From Auanema rhodensis (Eukaryota > Animalia > Nematoda): a stretch of 64,000 nt of DNA. Positions within the stretch are counted from its first letter, which is position 1. Every line of letters starts with the position of its first letter. The position numbers were made by a program, and so were the translations under genes. The notes beneath the pieces were generated by a model. That model did not search any database. It saw only the letters and a list, made by a program, of their open reading frames with translations, and was not told the origin of the DNA. This document shows positions 53,801-64,000 of this stretch, piece by piece. The stretch is taken from contig OZ059895.1 in assembly GCA_964057225.1 (NCBI GenBank), positions 10,974,001 through 11,038,000 on the forward strand, read 5' to 3'.

Positions 53801-55389
53801 ATAATTTGCTGCCTCCGGTTGAGCTATCTAAGTAAATCTACTTGAAAAGTGAAAACATTTGTTACGGAAGAGATAAAATTGAAAATCAGCTGCATGGCGT
53901 ACTTTTAACGTGGTATAGTTGTAAGCGAAAATATCTGGTTTTCAATGATTTACATACTTATCCTCGTTATAGTTTTTTTCCAATTTCCTGTTAGTTATGT
54001 AATTTTCGACGTTCCATCTGGATCCCTCGATGATAGCAATTCTTATAAGCTCCAAATACAATAAATTAAAAAAGGTTTCACAGTTGTATAGTGTTTAAAC
54101 ATTGTTTGTTTCGATAGGGAATAGATACAAACAGTAAAGTTAGAATGAAGGTTCATTAACTACTGGTTTATAACTGTAATATAGAAATAAGATTGAAGAT
54201 AATTTTCTGCCGGGGGTTGAGCTATCTAAGTAAATCTACTTGAAAAGCGAAAAAAGTTGTTACGGAAGAGATAAAATTGAAAATCAGCTGCATGTCGTAC
54301 TTTCAACGTGGTATAGTTGAAAGCAAAAATATCTGATATTCAATGATTTACATACTTATCCTCGTTATGGTATTTTTCCAATTTCATGTTAGTTATGTAA
54401 CTTTCCACGTGCCATCTGGTTCCCTCGATGATATCAAAGCTTATGTGCTCCAAATGCAAAAAATTAAAAAAGGTTTTACAGTTGTTCAGTGTTTAAACAA
54501 TGTTTGTTTTGATAAGAAATAGATAGAAACAGTAAAGTTGAGAGAAAAGTTCATTTACTGCTGGTTTATAACTTTAAAAAAAAAAAAAGATTGAAGATAC
54601 TTTGCTGCCTTGGGTTGAGCTATTTAAGGAAAACTACTTGAAAAGTGAAAACATTTGTTACGGAAGAGATAAAATTGAAAATCAGCTGCATGGCGTACTT
54701 TTAACGTGGTATAGTTGTAAGCGAAAATATCTGGTATTCAATGATTTACATACTTATCCTCGTTATAGTTTTTTTCCAATTTCATGTTAGTTATGTAACT
54801 TTCCACGTGCCATCTGGTTCCGTCGATGATATCAAAGCTTATGTGCTCCAAATACAATAAATCAAAAAAGGGTTTCACTGTAGTATAGTGTTTAAACAAT
54901 GTTTGTTTCGATAGGAAATAGATAGAAACAGTAAAGTAAAGATGAAGGTTTATTAACTACTGATTTATGACTGTAATATAGAAATAAGATTGAAGATAAT
55001 TTGCTGCCTCCGGTTGAGCTATCTAAGTAAATATACTTGAAAAGCGAAAAAAGTTGTTACGGAAAAGATAAAATTGAAAATCAGCTGCATGTCGTACTTT
55101 CAACGTGGTATAGTTGAAAGCGAAAATATCTGATATTCAATGATTTACATACTTATCCTCGTTATAGTTTTTTTCCAATTTCATGTTAGTTATGTAATTT
55201 TCCACGTTCCATCTGGATCCCTCGATGATATCAAATTTTATGTGCTCCAAATGCAAAAAATTAAAAAAGGTTTTACAGTTGTTCAGTGTTATAACAATGT
55301 TTGTTTTGATAAGAAATAGATAGAAACAGTAAAGTTGAGAAAAAAGTTCATTTACTGCTGGTTTATAACTGTAAAAAAAAAAAAAGATT

Positions 55390-58300
55390 GAAGATACTTT
55401 GCTGCCTTGGGTTGAGCTATTTAAGGAAAACTACTTGAAAATTGAAAACATTTGTTACGGAAAAGATAAAATTGAAAATCAGCTGCATGGCGTACTTTTA
55501 ACGTGGTATAGTTGTAAGCGAAAATATCTGGTATTCAATGATTTACATACTTATCCTCGTTATAGTTTTTTTTCCAATTTCCTGTTAGTTATGTAATTTT
55601 CGACGTTCCATCTGGATCCCTCGATGATAGCAATTCTTATAAGCTCCAAATACAATAAATTAAAAAAGGTTTCACAGTTGTATAGTGTTTAAACAATGTT
55701 TGTTTTGATAGGAAATAGATAGAAACAGTAAAGTTAAAATGAAGGTTCATTAACTACTGGTTTATAACTGTAATATAGGAACAAGATTGAAGATAATTTG
55801 CTGCCTCCGGTTGAGCTATCTAAGTAAATCTACTTGAAAAGTGAAAACATTTGTTACGGAAGAGATAAAATTGAAAATCAGCTGCATGGCGTACTTTTAA
55901 CGTGGTATAGTTGTAAGAGAAAATATCTGGTATTCAATGATTTACATACTTATCCTCGTTATAGTTTTTTTCCAATTTCATGTTAGTTATGTAACTTTCC
56001 ACGTTCCATCTGGTTCCCTCGATGATATCAAAGCTTATGTGCTCCAAATACAATAAATCAAAAAAGGGTTTCACAGTTGTATAGTGATTAAACAATGTTT
56101 GTTTCGATAGGAAATAGATAAAAACAGTAAAGTTAAGATGAAGATTCATTAACTACTGGTTTATGACTGTAATATAGAAATAAGATTGAAAATAATTTGC
56201 TGCCTCCGGTTGAGCTATCTAAGTAAATCTACTTGAAAAGTGAAAACATTTGTTACGGAAGAGATAAAATTGAAAATCAGCTGCATGGCGTACTTTTAAC
56301 GTGGTATAGTTGTAAGCGAAAATATCTGGTATTCAATGATTTACATACTTATCCTCGTTATAGTTTTTTTCCAATTTCATGTTAGTTATGTAATTTTCCA
56401 CGTTCCATCTGGATCCCTCGATGATATCAAATTTTATGTGCTCCAAATGCAAAAAATTAAAAAAGGTTTTACAGTTGTTCAGTGTTATAACAATGTTTGT
56501 TTTGATAAGAAATAGATAGAAACAGTAAAGTTGAGAAAAAAGTTCATTTACTGCTGGTTTATAACTGTAAAAAAAAAAAAGATTGAAGATACTTTGCTGC
56601 CTTGGGTTGAGCTATTTAAGGAAAACTACTTGAAAAGTGAAAACATTTGTTACGGAAGAGATAAAATTGAAAATCAGCTGCATGGCGTACTTTAAACGTG
56701 GTATAGTTGTAAGCGAAAATATCTGGTATTCAATGATTTACATACTTATCCTCGTTATAGTTTTTTTCCAATTTCATGTTAGTTATGTAATTTTCCACGT
56801 TCCATCTGGATCCCTCGATGATATTAAATTTTATGTGCTCCAAATGCAAAAAATTAAAAAAGGTTTTACAGTTGTTCAGTGTTATAACAATGTTTGTTTT
56901 GATAAGAAATAGATAGAAACAGTAAAGTTGAGAAAAAAGTTCATTTACTGCTGGTTTATAACTGTAAAAAAAAAAAAGATTGAAGATACTTTGCTGCCTT
57001 GGGTTGAGCTATTTAAGGAAAACTACTTGAAAATTGAAAACATTTGTTACGGAAAAGATAAAATTGAAAATCAGCTGCATGGCGTACTTTTAACGTGGTA
57101 TAGTTGTAAGCGAAAATATCTGGTATTCAATGATTTACATACTTATCCTCGTTATAGTTTTTTTTCCAATTTCCTGTTAGTTATGTAATTTTCGACGTTC
57201 CATCTGGATCCCTCGATGATAGCAATTCTTATAAGCTCCAAATACAATAAATTAAAAAAGGTTTCACAGTTGTATAGTGTTTAAACAATGTTTGTTTTGA
57301 TAGGAAATAGATAGAAACAGTAAAGTTAAAATGAAGGTTCATTAACTACTGGTTTATAACTGTAATATAGGAACAAGATTGAAGATAATTTGCTGCCTCC
57401 GGTTGAGCTATCTAAGTAAATCTACTTGAAAAGTGAAAACATTTGTTACGGAAGAGATAAAATTGAAAATCAGCTGCATGGCGTACTTTTAACGTGGTAT
57501 AGTTGTAAGCGAAAATATCTGGTATTCAATGATTTACATACTTATCCTCGTTATAGTTTTTTTCCAATTTCATGTTAGTTATGTAACTTTCCACGTTCCA
57601 TCTGGTTCCCTCGATGATATCAAAGCTTATGTGCTCCAAATACAATAAATCAAAAAAGGGTTTCACAGTTGTATAGTGATTAAACAATGTTTGTTTCGAT
57701 AGGAAATAGATAAAAACAGTAAAGTTAAGATGAAGGTTCATTAACTACTGGTTTATGACTGTAATATAGAAATAAGATTGAAAATAATTTGCTGCCTCCG
57801 GTTGAGCTATCTAAGTAAATCTACTTGAAAAGTGAAAACATTTGTTACGGAAGAGATAAAATTGAAAATCAGCTGCATGGCGTACTTTTAACGTGGTATA
57901 GTTGTAAGCGAAAATATCTGGTATTCAATGATTTACATACTTATCCTCGTTATAGTTTTTTTCCAATTTCATGTTAGTTATGTAATTTTCCACGTTCCAT
58001 CTGGATCCCTCGATGATATCAAATTTTATGTGCTCCAAATGCAAAAAATTAAAAAAGGTTTTACAGTTGTTCAGTGTTTAAACAATGTTTGTTTTGATAA
58101 GAAATAGATAGAAACAGTAAAGTTGAGAGAAAAGTTCATTTACTGCTGGTTTATAACTTTAAAAAAAAAAAAGATTGAAGATACTTTGCTGCCTTGGGTT
58201 GAGCTATTTAAGGAAAACTACTTGAAAATTGAAAACATTTGTTACGGAAGAGATAAAATTGAAAATCAGCTGCATGGCGTACTTTTAACGTGGTATAGTT

Positions 58301-61300
58301 GTGAGCGAAAATATCTGGTATTCAATGATTTACATACTTATCCTCGTTATAGTTTTTTTTCCAATTTCCTGTTAGTTATGTAATTTTCGACGTTCCTTCT
58401 GGATCCCTCGATGATAGCAATTCTTATAAGCTCCAAATACAATAAATTAAAAAAGGTTTCACAGTTGTATAGTGTTTAAACAATGTTTGTTTCGATAGGG
58501 AATAGGTACAAACAGTAAAGTTAGAATGAAGGTTCATTAACTACTGGTTTATAACTGTAATATAGAAATAAGATTGAAGATAATTTTCTGCCGGGGGTTG
58601 AGCTATCTAAGTAAATCTACTTGAAAAGCGAAAAAAGTTGTTACGGAAGAGATAAAATTGAAAATCAGCTGCATGTCGTACTTTCAACGTGGTATAGTTG
58701 AAAGCGAAAATATCTGATATTCAATGATTTACATACTTATCCTCGTTATGGTATTTTTCCAATTTCATGTTAGTTATGTAACTTTCCACGTGCCATCTGG
58801 TTCCCTCGATGATATCAAAGCTTATGTGCTCCAAATACAATAAATCAAAAAAGGGTTTCACAGTAGTATAGTGTTTAAACAATGTTTGTTTCGATAGGAA
58901 ATAGATAGAAACAGTAAAGTTAAGATGAAGGTTTATTAACTACTGATTTATGACTGTAATATAGAAATAAGATTGAAGATAATTTGCTGCCTCCGGTTGA
59001 GCTATCTAAGTAAATCTACTTGAAAAGCGAAAAAAGTTGTTACGGAAGAGATAAAATTGAAAATCAGCTGCATGTCGTACTTTCAACGTGGTATAGTTGA
59101 AAGCGAATGTATCTGATTTTCAATGATTTACATACTTATCCTCGTTATAGTATTTTTCCAATTTCATGTTAGTTATGTAACTTTCCACGTTTCATCTGGT
59201 TCCCTCGATGATATCAAAGCTTATGTGCTTCAAATACATTAAATCAAAAAAGGGTTTCACAGTAGTATAGTGTTTAAACAATGTTTGTTTCGATAGGAAG
59301 TAGATAGAAACAGTGAAGTTAAGATGAAGGTTCATTAACTACTGGTTTATGACTGTAATATAAAAATAAGATTAAAGATAATTTGCTGCCTCCGGTTGAG
59401 CTATAAAAGTAAACCTACTTGAAAAGTGAAAACATTTGTTACGGAAGAGATAAAATTGAAAATCAGCTGCATGTCGTACTTTCAACGTGGTATAGTTGAA
59501 AGCGAAAATATCTGATATTCAATGATTTACAAACTTATCCTCGTTATGGTATTTTTCCAATTTCATGTTAGTTATGTAACTTTCCACGTGCCATCTGGTT
59601 CCCTCGATGATATCAAAGCTTATGTGCTCCAAATACAATAAATCAAAAAAGGGTTTCACAGTAGTATAGTGTTTAAACAATGTTTGTTTCGATAGGAAGT
59701 AGATAGAAACAGTGAAGTTAAGATGAAGGTTCATTAACTACTGGTTTATGACTGTAATATAAAAATAAGATTAAAGATAATTTGCTGCCTCCGGTTGAGC
59801 TATCTAAGTAAATCTACTTGAAAAGTGAAAACATTTGTTACGGAAGAGATAAAATTGAAAATCAGCTGCATGGCGTACTTTTAACGTGGTATAGTTGTAA
59901 GCGAAAATATCTGGTATTCAATGATTTACATACTTATCCTCGTTATAGTTTTTTTCCAAGTTCATGTTAGTTATGTAATTTTCCACGTTGCATCTGGTTC
60001 CCTCGATGATATCAAATCTTATGTGCTCCAAATACAATAAATTGAAAAAGGTTTCACAGTTGTATAGTGTTTAAACAATGTTTGTTTTGATAGGAAATAG
60101 ATAGAAACAGTAAAGTTGAGAAAAAAGTTCATTTACTGCTGGTTTATAACTGTAAAAAAAAAAAAGATTGAAGATACTTTGCTGCCTTGGGTTGAGCTAT
60201 TTAAGGAAAACTACTTGAAAATTGAAAACATTTGTTACGGAAAAGATAAAATTGAAAATCAGCTGCATGGCGTACTTTTAACGTGGTATAGTTGTAAGCG
60301 AAAATATCTGGTATTCAATGATTTACATACTTATCCTCGTTATAGTTTTTTTCCAAGTTCATGTTAGTTATGTAATTTTCCACGTTGCATCTGGTTCCCT
60401 CGATGATATCAAATCTTATGTGCTCCAAATACAATAAATTAAAAAAGGTTTCACAGTTGTATAGTGTTTAAACAATGTTTGTTTTGATAGGAAATAGATA
60501 GAAACAGTAAAGTTAAAATGAAGGTTCATTAACTACTGGTTTATAACTGTAATATAGGAACAAGATTGAAGATAATTTGCTGCCTCCGGTTGAGCTATCT
60601 AAGTAAATCTACTTGAAAAGTGAAAACATTTGTTACGGAAGAGATAAAATTGAAAATCAGCTGCATGGCGTACTTTTAACGTGGTATAGTTGTAAGCGAA
60701 AATATCTGGTATTCAATGATTTACATACTTATCCTCGTTATAGTTTTTTTCCAATTTCCTGTTAGTTATGTAATTTTCGACGTTCCATCTGGATCCCTCG
60801 ATGATAGCAATTCTTATAAGCTCCAAATACAATAAATTAAAAAAGGTTTCACAGTTGTATAGTGTTTAAACAATGTTTGTTTCGATAGGGAATAGGTACA
60901 AACAGTAAAGTTAGAATGAAGGTTCATTAACTACTGGTTTATAACTGTAATATAGAAATAAGATTGAAGATAATTTTCTGCCGGGGGTTGAGCTATCTAA
61001 GTAAATCTACTTGAAAAGCGAAAAAAGTTGTTACGGAAGAGATAAAATTGAAAATCAGCTGCATGTCGTACTTTCAACGTGGTATAGTTGAAAGCGAAAA
61101 TATCTGATATTCAATGATTTACATACTTATCCTCGTTATGGTATTTTTCCAATTTCATGTTAGTTATGTAACTTTCCACGTGCCATCTGGTTCCCTCGAT
61201 GATATCAAAGCTTATGTGCTCCAAATACAATAAATCAAAAAAGGGTTTCACAGTAGTATAGTGTTTAAACAATGTTTGTTTCGATAGGAAATAGATAGAA

Positions 61301-64000
61301 ACAGTAAAGTTAAGATGAAGGTTTATTAACTACTGATTTATGACTGTAATATAGAAATAAGATTGAAGATAATTTGCTGCCTCCGGTTGAGCTATCTAAG
61401 TAAATCTACTTGAAAAGCGAAAAAAGTTGTTACGGAAGAGATAAAATTGAAAATCAGCTGCATGTCGTACTTTCAACGTGGTATAGTTGAAAGCGAATGT
61501 ATCTGATTTTCAATGATTTACATACTTATCCTCGTTATAGTATTTTTCCAATTTCATGTTAGTTATGTAACTTTCCACGTTTCATCTGGTTCCCTCGATG
61601 ATATCAAAGCTTATGTGCTCCAAATACAATAAATCAAAAAAGGGTTTCACAGTAGTATAGTGTTTAAACAATGTTTGTTTCGATAGGAAATAGATAGAAA
61701 CAGTAAAGTTAAGATGAAGGTTTATTAACTACTGATTTATGACTGTAATATAGAAATAAGATTGAAGATAATTTGCTGCCTCCGGTTGAGCTATCTAAGT
61801 AAATCTACTTGAAAAGCGAAAAAAGTTGTTACGGAAGAGATAAAATTGAAAATCAGCTGCATGTCGTACTTTCAACGTGGTATAGTTGAAAGCGAATGTA
61901 TCTGATTTTCAATGATTTACATACTTATCCTCGTTATAGTATTTTTCCAATTTCATGTTAGTTATGTAACTTTCCACGTTTCATCTGGTTCCCTCGATGA
62001 TATCAAAGCTTATGTGCTTCAAATACATTAAATCAAAAAAGGGTTTCACAGTAGTATAGTGTTTAAACAATGTTTGTTTCGATAGGAAGTAGATAGAAAC
62101 AGTGAAGTTAAGATGAAGGTTCATTAACTACTGGTTTATGACTGTAATATAAAAATAAGATTAAAGATAATTTGCTGCCTCCGGTTGAGCTATCTAAGTA
62201 AACCTACTTGAAAAGTGAAAACATTTGTTACGGAAGAGATAAAATTGAAAATCAGCTGCATGTCGTACTTTCAACGTGGTATAGTTGAAAGCGAAAATAT
62301 CTGATATTCAATGATTTACATACTTATCCTCGTTATGGTATTTTTCCAATTTCATGTTAGTTATGTAACTTTCCACGTGCCATCTGGTTCCCTCGATGAT
62401 ATCAAAGCTTATGTGCTCCAAATACAATAAATCAAAAAAGGGTTTCACAGTAGTATAGTGTTTAAACAATGTTTGTTTCGATAGGAAGTAGATAGAAACA
62501 GTGAAGTTAAGATGAAGGTTCATTAACTACTGGTTTATGACTGTAATATAAAAATAAGATTAAAGATAATTTGCTGCCTCCGGTTGAGCTATCTAAGTAA
62601 ATCTACTTGAAAAGTGAAAACATTTGTTACGGAAGAGATAAAATTGAAAATCAGCGGCATGGCGTACTTTCAACGTGGTATGGTCCTAAGCGAAAATATC
62701 TGATATTCAATGCTTCACATACTTATCCTCGTTATAGTTTTTTCCAATTTCATGTTAGTTACGTAATTTTCCACGTTCTATCTGGATCCCTCAATGATAT
62801 CAAATCTTATGAGCTTCAAATACAAGAAATTAAAAAAGGTTTCACAGTTGTATAGTTCTTGAACAAAGTTGGTTTCGATAGGAAATAGATAGAAACAGTA
62901 AAGGTAAGATGAAGGTTCATTAACTACTGGTTTATGACTGTAATATAAAAATAAGATTAAAGATAATTTGCTGCCTCCGGTTGAGCTATCTAAGTAAATC
63001 TACTTGAAAAGTGAAAACATTTGTTACGGAAGAGATAAAATTGAAAATCAGCTGCATGGCGTACTTTTAACGTGGTATAGTTGTAAGCGAAAATATCTGG
63101 TATTCAATGATTTACATACTTATCCTCGTTATAGTTTTTTTTCCAATTTCCTGTTAGTTATGTAATTTTCGACGTTCCATCTGGATCCCTCGATGATAGC
63201 AATTCTTATAAGCTCCAAATACAATAAATTAAAAAAGGTTTCACAGTTGTATAGTGTTTAAACAATGTTTGTTTTGATAGGAAATAGATAGAAACAGTAA
63301 AGTTAAAATGAAGGTTCATTAACTACTGGTTTATAACTGTAATATAGGAACAAGATTGAAGATAATTTGCTGCCTCCGGTTGAGCTATCTAAGTAAATCT
63401 ACTTGAAAAGTGAAAACATTTGTTACGGAAGAGATAAAATTGAAAATCAGCTGCATGGCGTACTTTTAACGTGGTATAGTTGTAAGCGAAAATATCTGGT
63501 ATTCAATGATTTACATACTTATCCTCGTTATAGTTTTTTTCCAATTTCATGTTAGTTATGTAACTTTCCACGTTCCATCTGGTTCCCTCGATGATATCAA
63601 AGCTTATGTGCTCCAAATACAATAAATCAAAAAAGGGTTTCACAGTTGTATAGTGATTAAACAATGTTTGTTTCGATAGGAAATAGATAAAAACAGTAAA
63701 GTTAAGATGAAGGTTCATTAACTACTGGTTTATGACTGTAATATAGAAATAAGATTGAAAATAATTTGCTGCCTCCGGTTGAGCTATCTAAGTAAATCTA
63801 CTTGAAAAGTGAAAACATTTGTTACGGAAGAGATAAAATTGAAAATCAGCTGCATGGCGTACTTTTAACGTGGTATAGTTGTAAGCGAAAATATCTGGTA
63901 TTCAATGATTTACATACTTATCCTCGTTATAGTTTTTTTCCAATTTCATGTTAGTTATGTAATTTTCCACGTTCCATCTGGATCCCTCGATGATATCAAA
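55390..64000. repeat. Nested block duplications with 4-, 6-, 7- and 15-monomer offsets plus single-monomer duplications
   Basis: ORF pairs give offsets of 1592 (55934/57526), 2789 (59519/62308) and 5977 (57526/63503). aataggtaca lies at 58501/60891 (offset 2390). gcgaatgtatc lies at 59103/61493/61892 (offsets 2390 then 399). Confidence 0.85.

Larger units (their letters stand above)
1..64000. repeat. Tandem satellite DNA array, ~398-399 bp monomer, ~160 head-to-tail copies, running off both ends of the window
   Basis: The motif gattgaa(g/t)ataatttgctgc recurs at 1, 399, 798 and so on through the window. Near-invariant blocks such as gagataaaattgaaaatcagctgcatg and caatgatttacatacttatcc recur every ~398 bp. 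ORF-track duplicates are spaced at multiples of ~398.5 bp. No unique sequence or inversion was seen. Confidence 0.99.

Noticed and set aside
548-63718. Recurrent 60-94 aa ORFs (MNLHLNF..., MLPWVEL..., MKSENIC..., MIYILIL...)
   Set aside because: They overlap on both strands within one non-coding monomer and are opened or closed at random by SNPs and 1-bp indels. Many use non-ATG starts, and I recognise no protein motif. They are chance frames.
1-64000. CRISPR-like or cassette array (conserved blocks alternating with variable blocks)
   Set aside because: The variable parts are allelic versions of the same sequence differing by point changes, not unique spacers. No cas, integrase or recombinase gene is present.
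1-64000. 5S rDNA, spliced-leader, snRNA or histone gene tandem array
   Set aside because: I recognised no 5S, SL or snRNA sequence or histone frame in the unit, and variants are spread without a gene-sized conserved core. An Rfam search was not run.
1-64000. Transposon insertion, inversion or telomeric repeat within the array
   Set aside because: The monomer register is maintained throughout, with no foreign sequence or strand switch seen. A single ttagg at ~34463 is just a point variant.

Overview
The whole 64 kb window is one uninterrupted head-to-tail tandem array of an AT-rich monomer of about 398-399 bp (about 31% GC by hand count of one consensus monomer; about 160 copies, all in the same orientation). 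This is satellite DNA of the kind found in eukaryotic centromeric, pericentromeric or other heterochromatin. I cannot assign it to a named family or species. I found no credible protein-coding gene, RNA gene, transposon or CRISPR array; all listed ORFs are short chance frames inside the monomer. The informative signal lies in the pattern of variants. (1) There are local, short-lived higher-order repeats and block duplications with offsets of 1, 2, 3, 4, 6, 7, 9, 10, 14, 15, 16, 35 and 37 monomers. (2) Monomer subfamilies turn over from left to right. (3) Monomers are mosaic, with at least one apparent long-range conversion patch. (4) One monomer near 62.7 kb is strongly divergent. (5) CpG sites show deamination-type alleles on both strands. 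(6) The monomer carries an imperfect inverted repeat whose variant alleles tend to restore pairing. I do not see evidence of a new gene-encoded system; the findings concern satellite structure and evolution. Block boundaries were read by eye and are approximate.
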